Positions 8,353-17,476 of a stretch of DNA of 64,000 nucleotides are shown in pieces. The notes below the pieces were generated by a model. It was given only the letters and a program-made list of their open reading frames with translations, did no database searches and was not told where the DNA came from. This DNA is from an uncultured bacterium (GTDB lineage Bacteria > Acidobacteriota > Thermoanaerobaculia > Multivoradales > JAHZIX01), in the NCBI GenBank assembly GCA_965368975.1, contig CBDUPA010000024.1, positions 16,790 through 80,789 on the forward strand. Reading direction: 5' to 3'. The position numbers were made by a program, and so were the translations under genes. Every line of letters begins with the position of its first letter. Positions within the stretch are counted from its first letter, which is position 1.

Positions 8353-9750
8353 ATGCGCGTCTGTTTCACCAACCTCGGCTGCAAGCTCAACCAGGCGGAG
8401 CTGGAGAAGATGGCGCGGCAGTTTCATGCCGCCGGCCACCAAGTCGTAGCGACGCTCGACCGTGCCGACCTGCACGTCATCAACACCTGCACCGTCACCC
8501 ACATGGCCGCCCGTGGCTCGCGCAAGCTCGCGCGCCGCGGCAGCCGCCACCATCCGGGCCTGCGCACCGTGCTCACCGGTTGCTATGTGAGCGAGCAGCC
8601 GGAGCAAGCCGCCGAATTGGCCGGCGTCGACCTGGTGGTGCCCAACGACGTCAAGGATGAACTCTTGGCGCGCGTTCACGCCGCCTTCCCGGACGAGGTC
8701 CCCGAGCAGCTGCACGGGCACCTGCAGGGACGTCCCGGCGACCTGCCCTACCTGCCCGAAGTCGCAGGCACCTGGGGGCCGCTCGAGTTCGGCAACACGC
8801 GCGGCCTGGTGAAGGTCGAGGACGGCTGCAACATGCGCTGCTCCTTCTGCATCATCCCGTTCACTCGCGGACGCCAGCACAGCCGTCCGTTGACCGACTG
8901 TGTTGCCGAAGTGCAGGCGCTGGCCGAAGGTGGCTACCAGGAAGTCGTCGTCACTGGCGTCCAGATCTCCTCCTACCGCACCCCCGAGGGTGAACGCCTC
9001 TACGACCTCGTGCACGCCCTGCTCGCCGACACCGACATCCCGCGCCTGCGCCTGACCTCCATCGCCCCCTGGCAGCTCGACCGTCGATTGCTGCGCCTCT
9101 GGTCCGAAGCCGGCAGCGCGCGTGGCGGTCGCCAGGGGACAAGCCACCACGGAGCAAGCCACCAGGGGACGAGCCACAGGGGCACCCGACTGTGCCGTCA
9201 CGTCCACTTCTCCCTGCAGAGCGGCAGCACCGAAACCCTGCATCGCATGCGCCGCCCCTACACGGCCGAGCAGTACGCCGACCTGCTGGCCGAAGTGCGC
9301 GACGCCGTCCCCGGCATGGCCGTCACTACCGACGTCATCGTCGGTTTCCCGGGCGAGACCGACGCGGAGTTCGATGACAACCTCGCCTTCACCCAGCGCA
9401 TGGTCTTCGCCAAGGTCCACGCCTTCCCCTACTCCAGCCGCCCCGGCACCCTCGCCGCCAACCTGCCGGACCACGTCGAGCACAGCGTCAAGCGCGAACG
9501 CATGGCCCGCATGTTGGCGGTCACCGAGGCTGCGGAAGAAGACTTCCGCCGTGCCCAGTTGGGGCAAACAGCGGAAGTGTTGTGGGAGGGAGCGAGAGAG
9601 GGAGTGTGGCAGGGGATGACCGACAACTACCTGCGTGTCTTTACTGAGAGTAGCGAGGATCTGGGGAATCGTCTGCTGCCGGTGCAGCTGGAAGAGATGG
9701 TCGATGGGGGCGTCAAGGGACGGGTGCTCAGCGGTAGACGAGCTGCGTAG
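8353..9750 (+). CDS. Radical-SAM methylthiotransferase of the MiaB/RimO/MtaB family (MtaB-like), with an unusual low-complexity insertion
   Basis: N-terminal MTTase domain (MRVCFTNLGCKLNQAELE), radical SAM CxxxCxxC (GCNMRCSFCIIPFTRG), the HVHFSLQSGS motif, and a C-terminal TRAM-like region. The opposite-strand ORF 8137..9960 (607 aa) is an antisense artefact. A 25-30 aa Gly/Ser/His-rich insert (GSARGGRQGTSHHGASHQGTSHRGT) is encoded by three 15-nt tandem repeats at 9121..9195. Confidence 0.8.
   Translation: MRVCFTNLGCKLNQAELEKMARQFHAAGHQVVATLDRADLHVINTCTVTHMAARGSRKLARRGSRHHPGLRTVLTGCYVSEQPEQAAELAGVDLVVPNDVKDELLARVHAAFPDEVPEQLHGHLQGRPGDLPYLPEVAGTWGPLEFGNTRGLVKVEDGCNMRCSFCIIPFTRGRQHSRPLTDCVAEVQALAEGGYQEVVVTGVQISSYRTPEGERLYDLVHALLADTDIPRLRLTSIAPWQLDRRLLRLWSEAGSARGGRQGTSHHGASHQGTSHRGTRLCRHVHFSLQSGSTETLHRMRRPYTAEQYADLLAEVRDAVPGMAVTTDVIVGFPGETDAEFDDNLAFTQRMVFAKVHAFPYSSRPGTLAANLPDHVEHSVKRERMARMLAVTEAAEEDFRRAQLGQTAEVLWEGAREGVWQGMTDNYLRVFTESSEDLGNRLLPVQLEEMVDGGVKGRVLSGRRAA
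9121..9195 (+). repeat. Three tandem 15-nt repeats inside the MTTase gene encoding a Gly/Ser/His insertion
   Basis: Units of about 15 nt (aagccaccacggagc / aagccaccaggggac / gagccacaggggcac) seen directly in the sequence. They are in frame and produce GTSHHGASHQGTSHRG. Confidence 0.6.
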
Positions 9751-11581
9751 CTTTGGGTAAGGGTGGCGGCGCGTCGGGCTGGGCGAGCAGCATGTAGGCG
9801 AGCCACGCCGTGCCGCCCTTGCGCGCCACCACCCAGCGTGCGATACGTAGGGCACGAGCGACTGTCCGGCCGCCGGCGATGGCCCGGTAGAAGACGCGGG
9901 CCAAGATGGCCGCTTGACTATCCGGAACTTCCCAGCGAGTGCCGATGAAAGCGGCGGCACCGACCTCGAGGAAGCGCTCGGCGAAGCCGACGTCCCGGGT
10001 CAGGGCGAGGCCGGCTTGCCCGGACTTGCAACCGTTGAGGAAGACTAGGGGGTGACCGAGGCCCAGATCTCCGGCGCTACCGTTGAGGTCGACAGGGGTA
10101 AACTCTTCGCTGGCTTCCAGATGTAAGGCGTTGCGCAGCGGGTTAGTACTGGAAGCGGTCGCATGACCAGCGTAGTGAATGAGGTGGAAGTCGCCTCTCG
10201 ACAGGGCGCTGGTCACCGCGTTGCGGCGCGCCACCACGTGCTGCCACTCGGGAGGATCTGCCAGGCCAAAAGATGCGGGTGTCAGGCGTGAGGCTTCCGG
10301 AAGCTTCGAGTCACCGGGCACGATGAGCAGAGCCTTGCGCCAGCGCGCTAGTTTGTAGGCCTGGGCCTTGGAGTGCCAGCGCGTCACCTCGAAGCGTTCA
10401 CACAGCATGCCGAAGACTTCCACTCGACCCTGTGCATTCTTGCTCTGCAAGGTGCAAAGTTCCCAGGGGACCCAGCTCTCGTCCGAGTGAATGTGCAGCG
10501 TCCGAATGTGATTACGGTGCTGCCATAGGAGGGCCTGGATTTCTGCCGGGAGCAGTTGATCGGTCAACTCGAAGCCCAGGTTGCGCAGATGCTGGCGAGA
10601 CGGTTGCTTCAAGTCTTGCAGGTCCCGCAACAGTGGCCTCAGGAACTCCTGCGGATCTTGAGTCAACCACAAGGGCTCGGAGGCTTCGAAGTGAAATCCG
10701 ATTGGCTGCGAGTGAGCGCGGACCACCCAGCCTTGACGTCCGTGTCGCCAGGTCCGACGAATGATCAGGTCGATGTCGGGTGCTGCGTTGCGCAGGCCGT
10801 CGAGATCTACGGACGACAAGGTTGCATTGTGCGTAGAGTGGCTTGCCGCCCGCATCTGCTTCGGCTCCGCCGTTACCTCCACCCTCAGCGTCAACTTGCC
10901 CAGTGCTTGACCCTCGTGAAAGGCATAGATCAGGACCTTCGTGTTTCCGGTCTTCACGGCTCTGATCTTGAATTGCTCTGCGGGGGAATCTTTATCGGCA
11001 TCGAAGATCAGAGTTGCCTCCCGCCGTTTGCCCCGCTCCAGTCCCGGTTCGACCTCGATCACTACGTCGACCTCGGCGCCCGGTGGCAAGTAGATCGGCA
11101 TGGCGTCGAAGGCGTAGACGACCTCGGGTGTGAGGTAGACGAGGAGAGATGCAGTGTCACCGAGAACAAGCTGCTGCGGGAATTTCGCGTGCAGCGAGCC
11201 CGACACCCTCCCGCCGCTGCGCGCGCTGCGCGTCGGCCCCAGGGACCGCAGCTCGGGCGCGAGAAAGCCATAGACCTCACCGTCGTCATCGAGCACAACG
11301 CAAGTCTCGAGGGCCTGCTCGATCGGCAGGTTCCACGAGACCTGTTCTACTGCCTGTAGCTGGCCGAGTTGCAGCGCCTGCGCCAGTGGCTCATCAGTGT
11401 CGAGACGCAGGTGGCGCAGTGTCCGCCGGCTGAGCAGGTAGTAGAGCGCTCCGTGCTCGTCCTGCCGGCGCACGAGGACGTGGGTGAAGTCGACCTCTAC
11501 CAGCCACTGCCCCAGACGCCGAGCCAGTTCGTCGGCGTCCAGGAGCAGGAAGCTGTGGTGCGCGGCTGTGCGTAGGGTCAT
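9728..11581 (-). CDS. CHAT-domain (caspase-fold, clan CD) putative peptidase, cytoplasmic, with about 330 aa N-terminal region of unknown function
   Basis: C-terminal half carries the CHAT catalytic dyad context: HLIHYAGHATASS (His), VFLNGCKSGQAG (Cys), then AAFIGTRWEVPD. Start ATG overlaps the stop of the upstream gene (ATGA). Convergent 23-bp overlap with the MTTase gene. Confidence 0.7.
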   Translation of the reverse strand: MTLRTAAHHSFLLLDADELARRLGQWLVEVDFTHVLVRRQDEHGALYYLLSRRTLRHLRLDTDEPLAQALQLGQLQAVEQVSWNLPIEQALETCVVLDDDGEVYGFLAPELRSLGPTRSARSGGRVSGSLHAKFPQQLVLGDTASLLVYLTPEVVYAFDAMPIYLPPGAEVDVVIEVEPGLERGKRREATLIFDADKDSPAEQFKIRAVKTGNTKVLIYAFHEGQALGKLTLRVEVTAEPKQMRAASHSTHNATLSSVDLDGLRNAAPDIDLIIRRTWRHGRQGWVVRAHSQPIGFHFEASEPLWLTQDPQEFLRPLLRDLQDLKQPSRQHLRNLGFELTDQLLPAEIQALLWQHRNHIRTLHIHSDESWVPWELCTLQSKNAQGRVEVFGMLCERFEVTRWHSKAQAYKLARWRKALLIVPGDSKLPEASRLTPASFGLADPPEWQHVVARRNAVTSALSRGDFHLIHYAGHATASSTNPLRNALHLEASEEFTPVDLNGSAGDLGLGHPLVFLNGCKSGQAGLALTRDVGFAERFLEVGAAAFIGTRWEVPDSQAAILARVFYRAIAGGRTVARALRIARWVVARKGGTAWLAYMLLAQPDAPPPLPKATQLVYR

Positions 11582-13197
11582 GGCTCGAGGTCAGGTGAAC
11601 CTGAAAGCGGCACTGTCTGATGGTAGCCCGCTCGCTTCAGATGTCCGCCAAGCAACCGGGTCGCCGGATCGCCCAGTAGTACGAAGTTGCGCGCGTCGTT
11701 GTTGGCCAGCCACAGCGCGTTCTCATCACGCGCAACCAATTGGGTGTTGCGGTTGGGGTCGATCTCGGCGTTGAGCATCGTGGAAAGCTGAGAGTGACGC
11801 GAGTTCAGCCATTCCATGGCGTAGCCGGTGGTGTAGCCCATCATCAGGGAACGCAACACGGCTTCGTAAGTGATCAGCTCACTGCTTTCGCCGAGGAACG
11901 AGAATGAGGTCTCCCAGGCGCGATCGACGTGGCCGATGAAGGCGGTCGCACCGTTGGCGAGCAGCTCTTGTGGCAGCTTGGCCAGGAAGGGCTCTTCGGC
12001 GCTGAAGTCGGTGCCGTGGCGGTTCTGCTGTCGGAAGTGGTCATAGTTCGGGGTGCCGGCGCCGAAGCAGCTGAACTGGAAGAACACCCGTCCCAGCAAC
12101 TCCATGTCTCGGCTGAGATCGCCGGCATGGAAGCACTGTCCCACTTCGGGTGGGTGACCGAGGCCGGGCCAATCCTGGCACAGCAAGGCACCTTGCTGGC
12201 TTTGCTGCAAGGGGTGGCTGCGCGGGTAGGCGAGACCATGCCCACCGAGGAAAGTACAAGCGGAGTTGCTGCTGCCAGCGAGCAATGACGCAAGTTGCTG
12301 CTTAGAAGCCTGATCCCCGAGGTAGCGGTGAATTTCCCACGCTTCCGGGATCTTCTCCAGGCGTTGGATGAGCGGAAGGATCAACTCCGCTTGCATCAAC
12401 TGAGTCGCCACGTCACGGGGGTTGCGAGCGGCAAAAAAGTCAATTCCCGGTTCGAGAGGACACCGTTGCTGTTCCGCACGCACGATGTTCTGCGCGTAGC
12501 GGGCGTAGTCCTCGATATCGTCGAAGTGCAGTCGGCCGACGGCATATTGGACGTCGAGTTCGAACTGTAGCTGATAGGGAATTTCGGCTGGACTTCCGAC
12601 CAGTAGGATGAAGTAGGGCAGAGTCTCGGCATCCGGCGGACCCAAGCCGACGCCGACACGGCGCAGGAACTGGAAGGTCGATTCTCCTGGGCGGTAGCCG
12701 TCCGGCCCACTCCAGATCTTGTAGCGCTTTCCAGCTTCGTCTTCTCGATGGTCCAGCAGGCGCCGGAGCTTGTGCTCGATCTTGGGATCAGCATGTTGAG
12801 GGATGACCACGGCCCAGCCCGCTTCGTCCAGCCGCTGGTGGTTCACCCACGGCACGGGTGCACGCCTGGGCTCTAGCTTGGTGAGACGGTGTATCCGCTC
12901 GACCCAGCGCCGGATCCAGTCCAGGATCGTCTTATCTTTGGGTGGGGGAGTGCCGAAGCGGGCAGCATGAATCTCGTCCCAGCTCAAGGGGGGAGCCAAG
13001 TACTCGCCACACCGGGCGTCGATGCCATTGAGATAGACCCACTCGCCGGGGGGAGGGAAGTCGAGATACGCAGCTTGCGGGTCTTCGCCTTCCCCCTTCG
13101 GGGTCTCTTCGATTGAGCCGGGATCTTCGCGCCAACGTTTGCGCCACGTTGGGAGGACCGATCGAAACTCCTTCTCTGACGGTTCCTGCATCATCGC
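11578..13197 (-). CDS. CHAT-like caspase-fold putative peptidase (divergent paralogue), cytoplasmic
   Basis: Has the His-Gly ... Cys arrangement typical of clan CD peptidases (FLGGHGLAYP ... FFQFSCFGAGTP), followed by the same post-Cys AFIGHVDRAW element seen in the two flanking CHAT proteins. Preferred start is the ATG pair at about 13194-13197 with RBS GGAGAGG 9-12 nt upstream; the TTG ORF start at 13212 is an over-extension. That ATG overlaps the upstream stop (ATGA), and the 11578-11581 stop/start overlap with the next gene is a second ATGA. Confidence 0.6.
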   Translation of the reverse strand, partial: AMMQEPSEKEFRSVLPTWRKRWREDPGSIEETPKGEGEDPQAAYLDFPPPGEWVYLNGIDARCGEYLAPPLSWDEIHAARFGTPPPKDKTILDWIRRWVERIHRLTKLEPRRAPVPWVNHQRLDEAGWAVVIPQHADPKIEHKLRRLLDHREDEAGKRYKIWSGPDGYRPGESTFQFLRRVGVGLGPPDAETLPYFILLVGSPAEIPYQLQFELDVQYAVGRLHFDDIEDYARYAQNIVRAEQQRCPLEPGIDFFAARNPRDVATQLMQAELILPLIQRLEKIPEAWEIHRYLGDQASKQQLASLLAGSSNSACTFLGGHGLAYPRSHPLQQSQQGALLCQDWPGLGHPPEVGQCFHAGDLSRDMELLGRVFFQFSCFGAGTPNYDHFRQQNRHGTDFSAEEPFLAKLPQELLANGATAFIGHVDRAWETSFSFLGESSELITYEAVLRSLMMGYTTGYAMEWLNSRHSQLSTMLNAEIDPNRNTQLVARDENALWLANNDARNFVLLGDPATRLLGGHLKRAGYHQTVPLSGSPDLEP

Positions 13198-16100
13198 GTT
13201 TTTCCTCTCCAATCGCCGAGGTGGATAAAGCCCGCCCAGTGTGACACTGGCATGCCGTTCTCAATCAGCTGCTTCTGCGCTGCCCGCAGCGCTGCGGCGG
13301 GGCGCAGGCCCTGCTGGTACATGCCGCTGTAGAAGCGCGTCATCAAGTCTGCTGTGGCGTTGTCATCGACCTTCCACACACTCACCACCAGACGCGGTGC
13401 GCCGGCAACCAGGAAGGCGTGTGCCAGGCTCTGGACGCCTTCGCCGCGTAGCTCTCTGCCCTGGCCCGTATCGCATGCGCTGAGCACCACCAAGTCTGCT
13501 CGCAACCGAAGGCGGGCGATCCGCTGGACATAAAGGTAGCCGTCCTGGGCTTCGCCTTGTTCGTTCCACAGCGACAACACCAGTCCGGAGAGTTCCGGAT
13601 GCTGGTTGTGTACTAGGCCGTGCGTAGCGAAGTGCAGGATCCGGAAGTCGTCTAGCTGAACTCGGTCGAGGGTGGTTCGGCTGGCTGTAAAGCCCAGAGC
13701 CGAGAACGCGGGCCGGTCCCCGATCAGCGCGAGTATGGCTTCTGCCTCGCGCCGGGTACCAGGTAGGCGCGGCAAAGTGACGCGCCCATCGCTCAAGGCC
13801 CCGCGCAGGCGTTCACTCGGGATGTCTAGCTTTGTCGCAGTGTTACCGTTCCGTGGGTCGCTGGAGGAGTACACCGCGTCGGCGAGCAAGAACAAGTCCT
13901 GAGAAGGGGTCGTACGCTGCTCCAGGATGGGTTGTAGTGCGGCGAGGACGGTCACTGATGGAACCTGGACTACTTCGTAATCCTGGATCAGGAAGTTGCT
14001 TCCGCCACCAGGGGCGCGGAGGGCAGCGAAGGGGAGAGCGTGTAGCGGCCCGTCTGCACTGATCACCAAGCGAGATTTTGGCGCCCAGCGCGCTAGCGGG
14101 CCGAGCAGGATCGTGCTGAGGTCGGCTTCCAATGCTCCCGCGGTAGTTGCGCCCTGACTCCAAGCATCGTGCAGTCGACGAACCTTCTGTTCCAACTCGG
14201 AGCGAGGTGGTAACCGAGCGTGTTGGAATTGGTGGTCGTCGATGTACCAAAGGTGACTTTGGTTTTCTCCAAGCTGATAGCTGACGAGGGCGGTGTCTTC
14301 GTTGAGCCAGTCTGCGCGTAGCTGTTGCAGTGTCAGAGAAGGTGGGTCGTTGAGATTCCGATAGTGGCGGCTGTCGACGCGGATCTCTGCATCGAGCATC
14401 TTGTACTGGTGCTGGACGGCGGTCAGTTGCGTCTCGATGGCCTCACGCTGCTCGGCAGGTACCTGCGGGCGCATCGTCCTCAAGCGTCGCTCCTGGAGCT
14501 CGTCGATCTCGGTCTCCAGGTCGCGCAGCCGGGCCAGAGTTGCCGGGGCGACATCGCTGTAGAGATCGACGTGCTGTTCCTGGAGCTGGTCGAGAAGGAG
14601 ACGGGCCTTGGCACGGTCGGAGGCCTGCCAGGCGAGAACGCTGTAGTCCGGCAAGTCCGGACCGCTTTCGGCGATTACCACTGCTTCGGCCTCGAGTCGG
14701 ATTCGATCGTCCATCGGAGGAGACGGTTGACCGAGTTCCGCCAAGACCTCGACGTGGAGCTCGTGGTAATGGTGCTTGATCGCCTGGAGCTCGCCGCGCA
14801 GCTGGCGATTCGGGTGTTGCTGGCGCAGTTGCTCCGTGAGTCCTAGGGCGCGCTCGATGTGATGGAGTGCCGTCTGGAGGTCACGCTGCTGGCGTTGAAC
14901 CCAAGCGAGGCCGAAGTGGCAGGATGCTTGGACTTGAAGGATTTTTTGCTCTTCGGCGAGTTTCAGGGCCGAGTCGAAATGGGCAATCGACCCTTCGAGG
15001 TCGCCGGTCAAGCCGAGCGTTCGGCCCAGGTTGGCTCGAGCCAAGGCGATTCCAGGTGGAAATTTCGCCTTCTCAGCCAGTTCGACGGCCTGTTGGAGGT
15101 ACCGAACGCTTTCGTCGTAGCCACCGAAGCGTCGGTACAGCTGGCCCAGGCTGTTGAGCGCCTGCAGCTGACCAGCAACCAGCCCATGCTGGCTGAAGAA
15201 ATCCAGGGCCTGGCGATGGCTGGCTGCGGCGGTGCGCAGGTTGTTTCCCGCTTCTGCCAGGCGGGCGCGCGCTAGGATCACCTCGTCGCGAAGGGTAGGA
15301 GGCAAGCTCTCCAGGTCGGCGATAGGGTCGAGTAGATGGGCCGCATCGTCTGCCAGGTTGAGGGTCAGGTAGACGTTGGCGGCGCGAACGCGCAGGCGGA
15401 TCTCCATCTCCCGCCTCGCCGGCTGCATTTCGGCTCGTGCGAGGGCGTCGAGATAGAGGCGCAAGGCCTGTTCCTGCTCGCCGAAGAGTTCGCGTACCTG
15501 CCCCTCGTTCTGCAGGGCAGCCGCAAGGCCGGCTTCATCTTGGTGCTGGGTCGCAAGCTGGCCGGCCTGTTGGAAGTGCGCGATGGCGGTGGTCGCATCT
15601 CCGGCCTTGCGCAGTGCCTCACCGAGATCGTTGTGGATGGTCACGAGCCAGATCTCACCCTCTGTGCCCAACTCTTCGAAGTGACCGCGTGCTGCCTCCA
15701 GTGGCACCAGGGCGGCCCCGCTCTGGTTGGCTCGCAGCAGTGCCTTTCCTTGCGCGCGCAAACTGAAGGCCAACCAGTCGCGCACCTGCAATTGCTGCCA
15801 GAGTTCGGCGGCAACGGCGAACTCGCTGGCTGCGACTAGATGATCGGTAGCTCGAAGCAGGCGTCCACGCGCGTAAGCCCTCTCGGCGTCCTGCTGTTGA
15901 TGATGAACAGGGCCAACCGGGCTTTCGATTCGCAACGTGATCCGGCAGGTTCCGCTGCTGACTGCCGTCGAGGCGATGCGCAGTTGACGGCGGATCGTCT
16001 GTGCCCCATGGTGAACCACAGACAGCCTCTCGGTGCCACGGATGCTGGTCGGACGGTCCACCTCGATCTCGACGTTGCCCTCGGCATCGAGCAATCGGAG

Positions 16101-16352
16101 CGCGACATCTACTCCTTGTTGTTCCGCCTCGATTTGACCAAAGGTGTTCGGTGGTAGGTCGAATTCGAAGTCCTGCCTGTCTTCGGCTGCGAAAGCAGTC
16201 GTAACAGGGGTGTCGGGAAGCAGCAGCATAGACTCCTCCGAAAGGGAACGCGAAGAGTGGTCTCCAGGCACACCTGGAACAATGCTGGCCAACGCTAGGA
16301 ACAGACCGCCCGCCAGCTGCGAGAACGAAAACCGAATCGGGAATACACGCAT
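13191..16352 (-). CDS. Large TPR-repeat + CHAT-domain protein (about 1010-1050 aa)
   Basis: Many TPR-like repeats across residues about 170-560, coiled-coil rich in the middle. C-terminal CHAT domain with FRILHFATHGL (His) and LVVLSACDTGQG (Cys), then AFLVAGAPRLVVSVWKVDD. The alternative start ATG at 16232 has a strong RBS (GGAGGAG, 5 nt spacer) and would remove the signal-peptide-like first 40 residues. The ORF start at 16352 has no RBS. Confidence 0.75.
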   Translation of the reverse strand: MRVFPIRFSFSQLAGGLFLALASIVPGVPGDHSSRSLSEESMLLLPDTPVTTAFAAEDRQDFEFDLPPNTFGQIEAEQQGVDVALRLLDAEGNVEIEVDRPTSIRGTERLSVVHHGAQTIRRQLRIASTAVSSGTCRITLRIESPVGPVHHQQQDAERAYARGRLLRATDHLVAASEFAVAAELWQQLQVRDWLAFSLRAQGKALLRANQSGAALVPLEAARGHFEELGTEGEIWLVTIHNDLGEALRKAGDATTAIAHFQQAGQLATQHQDEAGLAAALQNEGQVRELFGEQEQALRLYLDALARAEMQPARREMEIRLRVRAANVYLTLNLADDAAHLLDPIADLESLPPTLRDEVILARARLAEAGNNLRTAAASHRQALDFFSQHGLVAGQLQALNSLGQLYRRFGGYDESVRYLQQAVELAEKAKFPPGIALARANLGRTLGLTGDLEGSIAHFDSALKLAEEQKILQVQASCHFGLAWVQRQQRDLQTALHHIERALGLTEQLRQQHPNRQLRGELQAIKHHYHELHVEVLAELGQPSPPMDDRIRLEAEAVVIAESGPDLPDYSVLAWQASDRAKARLLLDQLQEQHVDLYSDVAPATLARLRDLETEIDELQERRLRTMRPQVPAEQREAIETQLTAVQHQYKMLDAEIRVDSRHYRNLNDPPSLTLQQLRADWLNEDTALVSYQLGENQSHLWYIDDHQFQHARLPPRSELEQKVRRLHDAWSQGATTAGALEADLSTILLGPLARWAPKSRLVISADGPLHALPFAALRAPGGGSNFLIQDYEVVQVPSVTVLAALQPILEQRTTPSQDLFLLADAVYSSSDPRNGNTATKLDIPSERLRGALSDGRVTLPRLPGTRREAEAILALIGDRPAFSALGFTASRTTLDRVQLDDFRILHFATHGLVHNQHPELSGLVLSLWNEQGEAQDGYLYVQRIARLRLRADLVVLSACDTGQGRELRGEGVQSLAHAFLVAGAPRLVVSVWKVDDNATADLMTRFYSGMYQQGLRPAAALRAAQKQLIENGMPVSHWAGFIHLGDWRGKTR

Positions 16353-16412
16353 CGCTAGACTACGCGAGATCGGCGTCCGAAAGAGACCAGACCCGGCATG
16401 CCCCCCTCGTGT

Positions 16413-17470
16413 TCAGGATCTAGGCGGAGTCGGCTCGACCCCTGGTGGCAGCAGTCGTATCCGTAGGTCCAGAGGTTCCGGTTCGCCGGAGAGTCGCAGG
16501 CGCAGCAGACCATCGTCTTGCAACAGCGACCGAGGGAGGTTGACGTTGAGCTGGTCGTTCTTGGGCCAGTGCTCAGCAAGACTCAAGAGAACTGTGCCGT
16601 CTGCAGCAAGGAGCTGTAACTCTAGGGTTGGGGCCACGGTGGGCAGAATCGGCAGCTCGATGTTGACGGAGGCCACCGGCCTGCTGCTGTGCGGAACCTG
16701 GACCTCACCGATCTCTGCGCGCTGACCCGCAAAGCGCGCGATCGTCTCCGGTTGGATGCTGACAGCCTGGTATTCCCCCAACTCCCGCTGCGCTCCCCAC
16801 CATCCCCATCCCACCCCCACCAACGCCACGGCCAGCACCGCCGCCAACGCCCGCAGCCACACCGGGGACGTCGGTGTCCGGCGCGCTGCCAGGTTGACGA
16901 CGTTGTCGACGCGACCAGCGCCTCCGCCGCCAGCCGTGTGCGCGGCTAGAGCCGTCAGGGCGGGGCGAATGGCCTCTTGGATCCAGTCCTGGTACAGGGG
17001 ATCGAAATCGTCGTCTTCCTGGCGTGCCGAGGGGTCCAAGGTGCCGGATTCGAAGGCTTCGTGCACTTCGACGGCTCGTCGAAGCAAGGCTGCCGGCAAC
17101 TGGCCGACACAGTGAGCATCGGCCAGGGCCGGGGTGCGGGCCTCGGTTTCGGCGAGGAAGGCACAGCGGAGCGTGAGGGGGCCGGGGAAGAAATCGGCCG
17201 GAACGCGCAGGTCGCTGATTCCAGTCCACTCCCGGTCGTCTGCTGGAATCAGGGTCAGCGCTTGGTCCTGCGTTTTCAAGACCAGCCACCAGAGCGCCGC
17301 TTCGCAGGTCGGAAGGACCAGCAGGTCTCCCGGCTGCAGGGTGGCGCCGTGCCGCTGTGCCGGGCGGCTGAGCCGCAGTGCAGCCTCGCCGGTCTGCAGA
17401 CGCAGACGCTCTCGACGCTCAGCGGCGTAAGGGCTCGAGGGGGGTAGGCCTCCTTGCTTCAAACTCGTCT
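16413..17470 (-). CDS. Single-pass membrane protein, putative anti-sigma factor for the upstream ECF-like sigma
   Basis: Lies immediately downstream of the sigma-like gene on the same strand. Predicted cytoplasmic N-domain, one TM helix (VWLRALAAVLAVALVGVGWGWWG) and a periplasmic C-domain. The start is uncertain: the first 70 codons of the ORF overlap the sigma gene, so I placed it near the TTG after the sigma stop. No family-level homology recognised. Confidence 0.4.
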
Positions 17471-17476
17471 CCCCGG

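Noticed and set aside
8137-9960. 607-aa minus-strand ORF spanning the MTTase gene
   Set aside because: The plus-strand frame carries radical-SAM CxxxCxxC, MTTase N-domain and TRAM motifs. The minus ORF has none and looks like GC-antisense.
16232-16352. Signal-peptide-like N-terminus of the TPR-CHAT protein when started at 16352
   Set aside because: I did not assert it. The ATG at 16352 has no SD, whereas the ATG at 16232 has GGAGGAG with ideal spacing. The hydrophobic stretch may be untranslated leader, so localisation of this protease is left open.
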